The notes below the pieces were generated by a model, which saw only the letters and a program-made list of their open reading frames with translations, was not told where the DNA came from and ran no database searches. This document shows, piece by piece, positions 1 to 10,885 of a stretch of DNA of 64,000 bases. The DNA is taken from the NCBI RefSeq assembly GCF_964188315.1, contig NC_135658.1, forward strand, positions 77,252,001-77,316,000, read 5' to 3'. Each line of letters begins with the position of its first letter. Position 1 is the stretch's first letter. The translations under genes were made by a program, and so were the position numbers. The DNA comes from Podarcis muralis (taxonomy: Eukaryota).

Positions 1-2
1 CC

Positions 3-2150
3 AGCAAACCACCCAGAAGCAATTTACACAAAGAAGAACAGAAAGCACTCACCAACCTGAGGAAAGACAACAACATAATCATTCTCCCAGCAGACAAAGG
101 TAATGCCACTGTTGTGATGAACACATCGGACTACCAAGCAAAACTATCAAATCTACTCCAAGATCCTACCTACCAACCTATAAAAACAGATCCCACCACC
201 TATCTGGAAAAAACCACCAAATCCAAAATAAAAGCCTCTCCTATCAGTGAAGAAATCCAGCTAAGAATCATCCCCAGAGAAAAATCATCCAGATGCCCCA
301 AACTCTACGGCCTCCCCAAGATACACAAAGAAGGAACACCACTCAGACCTATAGTCAGCTCCATAGGCTCACCTCTACAAAATCTCGCTAAATTTCTCGC
401 CAAGCAACTTCAGCCCTATGCAGAATCCATCTCTTCACACGTTCCAAACTCCTTCCAGTTCATAGAAACAATAAAGAAGCAAAACCTACATCCCAATGAC
501 CTACTTGTGAGCTTCGATGTTGTATCTCTCTTCACACAAGTGCCCATTAATGAAGCCTTGACAGCCATTCAAAACAAATACAATCCCCCCGAATACATCT
601 TGGACCTGACCAACCACTGCCTAACCAACACGTACTTCATCCACAATGGACAAAGATACAAACAGATAGAAGGAGCACCTATGGGATCTCCCCTCTCACC
701 GGTCATCGCAAACCTGTACATGGAACACTTTGAAACCAATGCTTTAGACAAGTCAGAACACAAACCCAAACTTTGGCTCAGATATGTTGACGACACCTTT
801 GTAATTTGGCCACACGGGAAGGAAAAACTGGACAGCTTCCTCACACATCTCAACAGCCTACACCCCAAAATACAATTCACTATGGAAATAGAAGCCAACA
901 ACCAACTTCCCTTCCTTGACGTCCTAATCTACAAAAAACCTGATGGCTCCCTAGGACACACTATCTACCGGAAAAAAACACACACCAACCGCTACTTACA
1001 TGCACAATCTCACCACCACCCTGCACAAATAAACTCCGTAGCCAAGACCCTCATCTCCAGAACCAAACGCCTGGCTGACAAAGACCACTTGACAACTGAG
1101 TTACAGAATCTCTCAAATGTGTTAATTGCCAATGGATACCAGCAAAACAGGGTTACGAAGCTAATCCAAAAAGAAACACCCCCCAAAAACCAAGACACAG
1201 AAGAAAACAATGGCATGGCCCTCCTTCCTTATATCAAGGGCACTACAGATAAAATTAGCAAAATCCTCCATAAACACAATATCAAAACAGCCTTTTGCGC
1301 CAACCAAAAAATAGCCAATATCCTCAGAAACCCCAAGGATAAAATCCAGTTGGAAAACCAAGGGGTCTATGAAATACCCTGCAAAGTCTGCCCAGCCACG
1401 TACATTGGACAAACAAACAGACGAATAAATGCACGTATCGCAGAACACAAGAATGCCGTCAAAAAAGAAGAAAAAACTTCCTCTCTTTTCCAACACATGA
1501 AAGAAACAGGACACGAAATTAATTTTGCAGATTCCAAATTGCTCTCTAACATGGAACATCACCACAAGAGAATAATCATGGAAGCCATCGAGATAGAGAA
1601 ACACCCTCACAACATGAACAAGCGTGACGACACATCCCGCTTGCCAGACATCTGGAAATTAGCCCTCCCCACAAAAACTGACACCAGATCCAGAGGCACA
1701 CAGAACGCCATCACCAATCAACCACACCAGACCCAAACCCAGACCCTCTCCACAGATAAATTACAGACACCATCCAGTAGCCAAACCATGGTGGCACCTC
1801 CGGATGCTGCACCCCCCTGCAATCCCTACACAGATCTGGCTGGCACAGGCCACAAAACCACAGCTCGCCCCTATACACGAAGCCAAGCCAGAGCACAACT
1901 AAATGCAGTACAGCCATCTTCTCAGAAAAACTCTTCACAAAGTTCAAGAGGTCAAGACACAAAGGCTTTAGCAACTAATCCACACCTAATGACCCACCTA
2001 AGTGGTACTCAGGATATCACTCAAGAAATCACTCAAGATATCCCTCAAGCAATTAAGGAACAAAAGAAGAAAAGGCACACTAGCCTGGGAACTTCCTCTC
2101 TGCCCAGAACATTGGAGGCTATACACCACACCCCTCAACAGTATTTATAG
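3..2150 (+). CDS. PLE reverse transcriptase / GIY-YIG endonuclease polyprotein (5'-partial)
   Basis: Frame is open from base 3 (SKPPRSNL...IILPADKGNATVVM). RT motifs SFDVVSLFTQVP, GAPMGSPLSPVIANLYM and RYVDDTF. Endonuclease GVYEIPCKVCPATYIGQT...RIAEH. No internal stops. Confidence 0.93.
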   Translation, partial: SKPPRSNLHKEEQKALTNLRKDNNIIILPADKGNATVVMNTSDYQAKLSNLLQDPTYQPIKTDPTTYLEKTTKSKIKASPISEEIQLRIIPREKSSRCPKLYGLPKIHKEGTPLRPIVSSIGSPLQNLAKFLAKQLQPYAESISSHVPNSFQFIETIKKQNLHPNDLLVSFDVVSLFTQVPINEALTAIQNKYNPPEYILDLTNHCLTNTYFIHNGQRYKQIEGAPMGSPLSPVIANLYMEHFETNALDKSEHKPKLWLRYVDDTFVIWPHGKEKLDSFLTHLNSLHPKIQFTMEIEANNQLPFLDVLIYKKPDGSLGHTIYRKKTHTNRYLHAQSHHHPAQINSVAKTLISRTKRLADKDHLTTELQNLSNVLIANGYQQNRVTKLIQKETPPKNQDTEENNGMALLPYIKGTTDKISKILHKHNIKTAFCANQKIANILRNPKDKIQLENQGVYEIPCKVCPATYIGQTNRRINARIAEHKNAVKKEEKTSSLFQHMKETGHEINFADSKLLSNMEHHHKRIIMEAIEIEKHPHNMNKRDDTSRLPDIWKLALPTKTDTRSRGTQNAITNQPHQTQTQTLSTDKLQTPSSSQTMVAPPDAAPPCNPYTDLAGTGHKTTARPYTRSQARAQLNAVQPSSQKNSSQSSRGQDTKALATNPHLMTHLSGTQDITQEITQDIPQAIKEQKKKRHTSLGTSSLPRTLEAIHHTPQQYL

Positions 2151-2205
2151 GAACTCAAACACTGAGATCCTGCTCTGTTCCAGTAACAAGAAGCCGAAAG
2201 CACCA

Positions 2206-2243
2206 GCCTGAAGATGACGAGTGAGACCTCGTCGAAACGTCGC
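2206..2243 (+). ncRNA. Minimal type I hammerhead ribozyme motif in the PLE terminal repeat
   Basis: CTGAAGA(2208-14)-T-GACGAG/TGAGAC/CTCGTC stem II-GAAA(2234-37)-CG-TC. Palindromic ACGT in place of stem III. Stem I is only 2 bp in cis. Confidence 0.7.
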
Positions 2244-2323
2244 CTAGACACCCCAACTTTTACACGGGAAGACACCCGAGGACACCAAAACCTGCATTCC
2301 TGTACCCGTGAAAATCTACGAAA

Positions 2324-2325
<2 letters not shown>

Positions 2326-2369
<44 letters not shown>
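2326..2369. repeat. (AT)n microsatellite at the PLE end
   Basis: Pure AT dinucleotide tract. Confidence 0.97.
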
Positions 2370-2374
<5 letters not shown>

Positions 2375-2984
2375 ACGATGCTAAGAATGGCTTTTAGTCT
2401 ATAATACATCATATGGTGAACATTATTAATGTGATCGAGAAAAATGGAGGAAAGCCATTTTGAAATTGGATATGCATTCCAATCAATGTAGTTTTTAATT
2501 CCACTTACAGATACAGGAAATGTTAAAAACAAAACAAAACGGTTTAAAGCATCATTTCTGAAGAGGCGTGGGCCAAACTGAAGACAGAAAATGATAGTAT
2601 CGGCAAAGTATCCCCAGACAGACCAGATGAGGGGAAGCAGAGTGGCTTAAGGCCCAGTCCTATGAGTCATACCAGTAAAATGGCAGTTACTGGATGCAAT
2701 GGTCACTCAAATGGCAAAACATAACGAATTTTTTCTCTGTCAGTAAAAAAATTGTGCCTGATAAAAGGTTCTTCATATTCTGGTTGTGTCTCAGTGTCAG
2801 CGATGGCTCAAACTGCAAACCTGTTCCTTCAGAAAGAGTTCGAGTCTGGCCAAGTTGTGAGGGTGCTTCTGGAGCCATTACTGTCACTTGAGGCTCAGGT
2901 GGCCTCGGTGGCATGGATTGCCTTCCATTAACTTTGACTGGTGCCCTAGCTGCAGCCCTATCTTGACAGGGACAGCCTAATTTC

Positions 2985-3250
2985 TGTTGTATGTGCTCTG
3001 GTAACCACTAGGTTAGATTACTGTAATGTGTTATACATGGGGCTGCCCTTGAAGATGGCTTGGAAATGGCACCTGATGCAATATTCAGATTCCTGACCGT
3101 GGCAAGACATTCTGAGCATGTAAAGCCAAATCCGGCATGACTGCACTGCCTACAGATTAGTTTCCAAGCTCAGTTCAAAATGCTGGTTTTCACCTATACA
3201 GGCGTAGGTAGCTCAGGGCCCTAATACCTCAAGGAACACCTCTTCCCACA
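2985..3250 (+). mobile_element. L2 LINE ORF2 3' fragment, degenerate
   Basis: Translates to ALVTTRLDYCNVLYMGLPLK, with later FQAQFKMLVFTY and GP*YLKEHL, matching the L2 RT C-terminal pattern. Confidence 0.75.
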
Positions 3251-3356
3251 GGAAGCAATCTGGGCTCCGCATTTGGCCTGTGTGTGGAGGATGGCAACAT
3301 GAGAACTGTCTGAAGTGGGGAGTGTCCTGGATTTTTTGGGATTCCCTATGTGATTT

Positions 3357-3707
3357 GGGATGCGGGTGGCGCTGTGGGTTAAACCACAGAGCCTAGGACT
3401 TGCCAATCAGAAGGTCGGCGGTTCGAATCCCTGCGACGGGGTGAGCTCCCGTTGCTCGGTCCCTGATCCTGCCAACCTAGCAGTTCGAAAGCACATCAAG
3501 TGCAAGTAGATAAATAGGTACCGCTCCGGCGGGAAGGTAAACGGCGTTTCCGTACACTGCTCTGGTTCGCCAGAAGTGGCTTAGTCATGCTGGCCACATG
3601 ACCCGGAAGCTGTATGCCGGCTCCCTCGGCCTATAGAGTGAGATCAGCGCCGCAACCCCAGAGTCGACCACGACTGGACCTAATGGTCGGGGGTCCTTTT
3701 ACCTTTA
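3357..3707 (+). mobile_element. Sauria SINE, subfamily A
   Basis: GGGATGCGGGTGGCGCTGTGG head, GTTCGAATCC B-box and (ACCTTT) tail. ~12-bp TSD TATGT(G/T)ATTTGG. Confidence 0.95.
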
Positions 3708-4737
3708 TGTTATTTGGAACCCGGGAAAACCAGGATTCTTAAATGCAAAGCCAGCCTCCAGGTGGAAGGAAAGCTCTCCTCTTCAGATTGTTGCACTCCT
3801 TGGGTTGGTGGACAATGAAAACAACAAGGGCAGGGGGACAGAACTAGCGTGTTAGTTTCCACTGCCCTCCTCATATGTTTTCTTAATGGTAGCGCCTGAA
3901 GAGGGCTATAATGGCCTTTGAATCCGGTTACAGCTACCGGTTGGAATGAAACTGACATAACGTAGCAAGACAGAACTGCTCCGCTGCCTTTTAACAGAAT
4001 GATGATGTAGCTATATTGATGCACTGTGGCAGCTATGCATATTTTTAGGATCTGGGTGCCAGAGCCATAACAGAGCGTTGACATATAGCTATAAAGGAAC
4101 CTGCTTTGCTTAAACAGCAAAGAGCAAGTTCTGGAGTTTATGTTGTTCCTCTGTTTATTAAAAACGGATGGGAGCACTTGACAGAAAAATCAAACTTCTG
4201 GTCATGGCTCATTAATCTCGGTTGTATCTGTCAGATATGTGTGTTTAGAGTTTCAACAAGGCTCAGAAATTAAGATTACTGCTGTGCTTTTGTGTTTGCT
4301 CTAATTCTGAATGGAGAGAAGCACTACCGATAGTTTAAAATGAGAGACAAGAAAAGGGTCATCTTATTAAACGAGATATAGCGAATGACATTTACAAGTT
4401 TAACTACGTTTGTCCTCAGTTTCAGAATCAGCTGGCACTTATGGCATATATTGACTGCAAATGGTGTTTGGGCAGATTAGGCTCTCTAAATATATAGCTA
4501 TATCTCAAAAATTCATAATTGAAATGCATTCCTTTTTAGTAAGAATGTGATTTTCAATGACATTTCAGAAAGAGGTACCTGCATTTTCACTTCCTGCTTT
4601 CAACTATGATGGGGTCAATTATAAGCAATATTATTGGAAGACAACAGAGTTTCCCAAATAGAAACAGCATCATTATTGTTATCAGAATTTTCAGGAGAGG
4701 TGGAAATAGCTTACTGGTGATGTTGCATTGCTAATAG

Positions 4738-5102
4738 GTAAAGGTAAAGGTACCCCTGCCCGTACGGGCCAGTCTTGACAGACTCTAGGGTTGTGCGCTC
4801 ATCTCACTCTAGAGGCCGGGGGCCAGCGCTGTCCACAGACACTTCCGGGTCACGTGGCCAGCGTGACGAAGCTGCTCCGGCGAACTGGCACCAGAGCAGC
4901 ACACGGAAATGTCGTTTACCTTCCCACTATTCAGCAGTACCTATTTATCTACTTGCACTTAAGGGTGCTTTCGAACTGCTAGGTGGGCAGGAGCTGGGAC
5001 CGAATGACGGGAGCTCACCCCGCCGCGGGGATTCAAACCACCGACCATGCGATCAGCAAGCCCTAGGTGCTGAGGTTTTACCCACAGCGCCACCCGCGTC
5101 CC
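4738..5102 (-). mobile_element. Sauria SINE, subfamily B
   Basis: Full-length reverse copy with perfect 14-bp TSD TGCATTGCTAATAG (4724-37 / 5103-16). Confidence 0.95.
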
Positions 5103-6297
5103 TGCATTGCTAATAGTGGGAGCCTAATATTGAAAGTGGAGAATATGAAAAGGCATGGGGCAAAAGGAAAAACATTGTGGAATTCCCCAAAACCTGTTTT
5201 ATTCACCTTCTTCCCCCACTTTCTGGAATAATACTACAAGAATCTCAGAAAAATGCATAATCACTTTAATTACATAGGAGGCCACATTCAGGTACTTCCG
5301 CTACTAAAGAATCCATGCATTATTCCAAACAAATTATTTCCCCTTAGGAAGAAGACAGAAAGGTATGACACTATTCAGCCTCTGCCCCAAGCTGAGTTAT
5401 ATAGGAAACATTATTTCTCAGTGCTAACAATTTGTATGTTTGCCTGTTCTTAGGGAAATACCGAATGATTCGTGTTTATAGTGACTTTTTATCCTCCCAT
5501 GGTAGAGAGTAGGATCCTGGCCAAATTGTGTCCCCTGCAATGACGCTATTCCTCAGATTGCCTCAGCCTCTTCAATGGATTGTATTTACCAGTGTGAAGG
5601 TGTTCATCTTACTTGCTGCTCAACTTAAACCCTGCCAGCTATTTTCTTATTACAAGGTAAGTGACATAATGGCCATATTGTCAAATGGAGGAAAATGCAG
5701 AATATTGAAGAAGGGCAATATATGTTCCAGCCTTTGTATGTACATACCGAAGAATGAGAAAGCAAAATTCATATGAAGAGGGTCTCAGAGCATGCTTGGC
5801 TGAGATAAACCACATAAACTATTGCCAGCTCACAAATACCCTTTTTCCATTCCAGTGGCATCCTCTAAACAAGAAGGAATAGGATATGACTTCATCCTTT
5901 CTTTGAATGTAATTCTAGGGTTCTTACATACTAACAGCAAACTCATTCGCTCAGTATGGATCCTTGCTCAAAATGGCACCAACCTTCCACATGAGGGAGG
6001 TGTCTGCAGGTTCGGGAGTGCCCCATGGTTTGTAGAAGTGTGAACAGAATATTATTTGGGAGGGGGGAGACACTCCAAAACAGCCTCATGAGCACCAAGC
6101 GCGCTTAATGAGCACAAAATGTTGCCTGATTATTGGAGGGAGGGAACTGAAAAATGGATGAGAAAGAAGAAGACAAAAGAGTGTCCTGGAGAAGGGGAAA
6201 ACTGGTGGCCGAAACACAGAACATTTTTGTGGCGGGTCCCATATGTACTTTGGAATGAGCCAGTCAAAAGAAGTGTGAAATTAGCACTTTTAACGGA

Positions 6298-6562
6298 TTC
6301 TTTGGTGATCACTCGTAGCCAAGTAAGATTGTCTTCCATGAACACAGTCTTAACTGTGAGTCCGTAAGTGACTGCGGAGGCCAATTCTGGATCCACATGT
6401 CCTTTCACTGTGGGGACATAGGTTTCTGGGCAGGAGTTGACCATGGTGAGGGTTTGCCAAGCGTGCCTTCCTCTTAGTGCATTTTCCCCTTTCGTCCTGA
6501 GTTTGAGCATCTTCAAAGTCCATGACACCTTTGGTAAAGACTGTTCTCCAGTTGGAGTACTC
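6298..6562 (-). mobile_element. RTE-clade LINE 3' end
   Basis: Minus strand reads ...WRTVFTKGVMDFEDA...KRKARLANP...LCPHSERTCGSRIGLRSHLRTHS*, a C-terminal zinc-knuckle-like motif. Flanked by an imperfect ~25-bp duplication AGTGTGAAATTRGCACTTTTA..GGAT. Confidence 0.85.
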
Positions 6563-6619
6563 TAGAATGAATCAGTGTGAAATTGGCACTTTTATGGATG
6601 ATACATACTTGCACTTACC

Positions 6620-6777
6620 CAGTGGCGTAGCGTGGGTTGTCAGCACCCGGGGCAAGGCAAGTAATTTGCGCCCCCCAACCCGTGGATTTGCGCCCCCTAA
6701 CCTGTGGATTTGCCCTAACCCCAGATGTTGCGCCCGGTGCGGCCGGCCCCCCCTGCACCCCCCACGCTACACCACTG
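6620..6777. mobile_element. hAT-type MITE
   Basis: TIRs CAGTGGCGTAGCGTGGG / CCCACGCTACACCACTG with perfect 8-bp TSD CACTTACC. Confidence 0.9.
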
Positions 6778-8769
6778 CACTTACCAGCTCTCAAGATTAG
6801 TACACATTTTTGGATATAAGTGTTGAGAGGGGAGGAAGGTGAAGGAGGAGTTTGGGAACAAATATTTTTGCTACTGCGTGTGCTCTAGCACTGAGCTATG
6901 GCCCTCCCCTACAGTCCAGTACTGATAGGGCTAAAAGGAATAAAAGAGAGTTGTACTTCCTTCCCCTTTTGGTACCCATTCCTGGCAGGAAATACTGTAA
7001 GAAGCATCCTTCATGCCCCTGTGGTAACAGGGTCCTATTGGACAACATCTCACTAGGAAACAGAAACAGCAACTGCAGTGGGCCTACCCTAGTTTTATTT
7101 GCTTTGACACTGCAAAATCCTCTTCAAAGTAACTCTAAATAAAATTGGAGTTGTGGAGGTCGGCTAATGTATACCAGAAATGAAAATGGAATGTTCTCTG
7201 AAATGTGTGAATACAGCTGATTTACATCTGGAAGCAAAGCAATTTTTTGCATCTCCCTTGTAATAGCCATGCATTTATATATATCAAAATGTGACAAACA
7301 GCAACAAAAAATTATAAACCTTGGCATGGTGAAAAAGAAAATCACAATAGGAATATTACCTAAAATGAAATAACATAAAACACCACACAATAAAACCCTG
7401 AATTTGTTTACCAGGCTGCAGACTTCTGATTGTTCTGACAATATGTATCTTATTCTCCATGTCACGTGACCTGGCTGAAGTAAGAACTTTGTTTTAAAAA
7501 AACAAAAACAAAATCTACCCCCAATTCATTTTTAACAAAATGAAAAAGCAAAGTATAAAATTTAAATGAATGCAAAAAGAAAGAAGAAAGAAAAATCAAG
7601 ATATTTAATCCTTAAAATAGAGCCGGCCCAATACTATGAATATGTTTTGTTTTTATGCATTGATTTTATTATTTGCATTTAACCCGAACACACACAGAGA
7701 TATGCTCAAAGGTAGAAGTTAGAAAATGGATGAGGGGGGATATAGAGCAAAACATAATATAAGGAATTGTAGGGTCCAGAGTGATGCATAGATAAGGTTG
7801 AAGTAAGCCTGAAATCAAACCCCCTGACTGAAAACAAATGTCTTTCAGTGCAGCGTTACTCAGAAGTCAATGGGTTTACTCTCAGGTAAGTAGGTACAGG
7901 ACTGAAGCTTCACAGCTCATGTCTGGTTTCAACAAAGATGCATTTTGCATTCTTGCCAGCTGCATCCCCATTAAGTGTCCCAGACAGTTGAAATAATGTG
8001 GAAGCCTGCAAGCTACAGGGGCATAACGGACAGGGGAGCCCACCACAGTCCGATGTCTGGGATAATGGGAGAAAATGAACTTTCAAACACCAGGACTGAA
8101 TGACTAGCCTCTGCTGGTTCAGTAGATTTCACCTCCGCTCAAAGAGTTGCAGCAGAACTTATTAGCGCTGCACTTTGGACTAAAGAATGAGTTAGGCTGG
8201 TCTAAAAGTCAGTTTGGGAACAGCAACAGGAAGAAAGAAGAACACTTTCCATGACTAAAAATACACGTGCCTAGAAATCATTTGCCAAGTAGCTAGCAGT
8301 CACTAAAGACATAGGCCCAACAGCTATGTTCCCCCGCCCCCTGGGTACAATTCCCTTTGAGAACAATGAGATGTCATTAAAAATTGCTCCCAGGGGATTT
8401 GCTCTATCCCATACAAAGTGGGCAAGAAAACCTGTGCTGTATCCACACTAGGCTGTGTGTGGCTGGATGACTTATTCTGAAGCTTTCTGAAAGGAAAACT
8501 TGAAAAAGAAAAAGACTTGGAAAATGCTGGAGCCCTTGGACCATCTCAAAAAGGTATGCGCAGGAGTGTGACTTCTAAAGTGAAGTGAAGTGGACTCATG
8601 GTCCTATGTGGGTCATGTTAATTTTTGTTAAATAAATAAGAAGTGGTGCACCTGGATCAAATCAGGCGAGTTTTGTGGATTCTTCCACCATTTCTAGTAA
8701 CAATATAAAGTGGAAATCTTCCATCAGCCTAGCACCCTGTAAGTGCTGCAACTTCTACTTTTGTCAAAA

Positions 8770-9263
8770 NNNNNNNNNNNNNNNNNNNNNNNNNNNNNNN
8801 NNNNNNNNNNNNNNNNNNNNNNNNNNNNNNNNNNNNNNNNNNNNNNNNNNNNNNNNNNNNNNNNNNNNNNNNNNNNNNNNNNNNNNNNNNNNNNNNNNNN
8901 NNNNNNNNNNNNNNNNNNNNNNNNNNNNNNNNNNNNNNNNNNNNNNNNNNNNNNNNNNNNNNNNNNNNNNNNNNNNNNNNNNNNNNNNNNNNNNNNNNNN
9001 NNNNNNNNNNNNNNNNNNNNNNNNNNNNNNNNNNNNNNNNNNNNNNNNNNNNNNNNNNNNNNNNNNNNNNNNNNNNNNNNNNNNNNNNNNNNNNNNNNNN
9101 NNNNNNNNNNNNNNNNNNNNNNNNNNNNNNNNNNNNNNNNNNNNNNNNNNNNNNNNNNNNNNNNNNNNNNNNNNNNNNNNNNNNNNNNNNNNNNNNNNNN
9201 NNNNNNNNNNNNNNNNNNNNNNNNNNNNNNNNNNNNNNNNNNNNNNNNNNNNNNNNNNNNNNN
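8770..9263. other. Assembly gap (N run)
   Basis: Run of N. Confidence 1.
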
Positions 9264-10322
9264 GACCAGCTTATAAAACACACTTGGGGGTGCATTCCCA
9301 GAAAGAAAACAAACAGTTAAAACAATGTACAACAATAAATTTAAAATTTATAAATGCGATAAGCATATAGACACTTAAAACTTTAAGATAAGCTACCACA
9401 TAGAATGACTGGTTGAAAAATGAGAGACAGAAGCACATGTACTCAACATAATATATACTGTACTTTCATGCGAGTCACCCTCCATGATATTGCTCCACCT
9501 CCAGATACCAAAGGACACCTTGGCAGAAAATGACACCACCCTATAGTTCAAAAGCTAGACTCTCCATAACACCACACACAAATGAGCAAGATATCAAATT
9601 CTTCCTGGCTCCTGTTTCTCAATCCATTTTGTTGTACGCCTGTGGGCCTCCAACAGCAGAAGAGTTTGCATAGTTCAAGAGGTTATTTCAGGAGACCCTC
9701 AGTGTTGAAGCTGGGTCAAGAAGAGTCAACAACAAATTGGTTCCACTGTTCTAAAGGGGATGTTGCTTACCAGCCGAAAGAAATGACAAAAGTGACAATG
9801 TCAAATAAAAAAACCCTTCAAACTACCCATGATTCACCAGGAGAAAGGTCATGTAGGAAGACAAGAGAAACTGCATCCTATGATTCTTAGAACAGCTGTA
9901 GGCCCCCTCTCTACTACAATGTTTATGACAATTGCAGGGGAAAGAGAGTGAAAATTTCCCCTGGTAGAACCAAATCACGCACCATCTGGCCACCACTGTC
10001 AGAGAAAACCCCATCAAGAAACTTCCAATGTAGTGTGAATAATCCCTCAGTCAGCATTCCAGATGCTCTTGCACCAAATTAATGATAATGGGTTATTGTA
10101 AACAGTGTTTAAATTTATATAAGGGGGGTGCCATTGAAATCCGCCCCCCCCCAACTCAGGGCCTATAGAATATGCTGGCTAGGTGTCAACTTCTAGGAAG
10201 ATTCTATTATACATGTGCCCGCACATGTTGGAAACTATTCTTGTTTAGCAGAAGATGATAATGCTAATGCACTAGTGATGAGGATGTGCTTTATGTGACT
10301 TATTATTTGAAATCACTTAGGT

Positions 10323-10444
10323 CAGAGGTAGTCAATATGGGGCTCTTCAGATGTTGTAGACTACAACTCCCATCATCCACAATCATGGGCTGATGGGAGT
10401 TGGACTCAACACAACGTTTGGAGGGCTGACACTGACTACCCTTG
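10323..10444. mobile_element. Short hAT-like fold-back MITE (ACTACAACTCCCATCATCC family)
   Basis: CAGAGGTAGTCA...TGACTACCCTTG ends, internal palindromic arms, 6/8 TSD match ACTTAGGT/ATTTAGAT. Confidence 0.65.
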
Positions 10445-10744
10445 ATTTAGATGATTGCTCAGTTTATGTTCCAGCACCGTTGCATATTTCATGCTCAGAA
10501 AGGAATCCAAGACTTGGACTATATCTCTACTTCTATTATTTTATTCTGGTAGGACTGTGCTTTATGCACAATTTTTTTTTTCAGGGCAGCAATCTTATGC
10601 GGCACCCCAAAACACATGATTTGGACCACTGTGCCCGAAAAAAGTGCAGCCGGAAATTGTGTGAGATCACGACACCCATTTTTGCCACTGTCCTCTCACG
10701 AGAAAAAAATGGGATGTCCCATTTTCTCCGGGGCAGTTGAGGGA

Positions 10745-10885
10745 TATGTGACTCTTGGACCAGTTGCTGTCTCTCAGCTTAGCCTACCTCATGGTTTGTT
10801 GTGAGGGTGAAATGGGGAGGGGGGCCGAATCATGTATGCTTCTTTGACCTTTTTGGAGAAAAGGTGGGATATAAATCTAATAAAT
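10745..10885 (+). mobile_element. 3' part of an L2-tailed (MIR/Squam3-like) SINE
   Basis: CAGCTTAGCCTACCTCATGGTTTGTTGTGAGG...AGGTGGGATATAAAT tail pattern. Confidence 0.55.

Larger units (their letters stand above)
1..2325 (+). mobile_element. Penelope-like retroelement (Penelope/Poseidon type), 5' end outside window
   Basis: Uninterrupted RT + GIY-YIG ORF, a hammerhead core 3' of the ORF, and the terminus ...CCCGTGAAAATCTACGAAAGC abutting a (TA)n tract. Confidence 0.93.

Noticed and set aside
2162-2203. Second hammerhead-like string upstream of the PLE ribozyme (CTGAGA...CGAAAGCA)
   Set aside because: Lacks N7 of CUGANGA and the U of the UH cleavage site.
6130-6528. 132-aa minus-strand ORF and a repeated 25-mer first read as a duplicated enhancer motif
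   Set aside because: Explained as an off-frame reading of an RTE 3' end and its target-site duplication.
8675-9370. ORFs spanning N runs (also 31433-31766, 41719-42554, 45700-46734)
   Set aside because: Their length is an artefact of X codons in assembly gaps.
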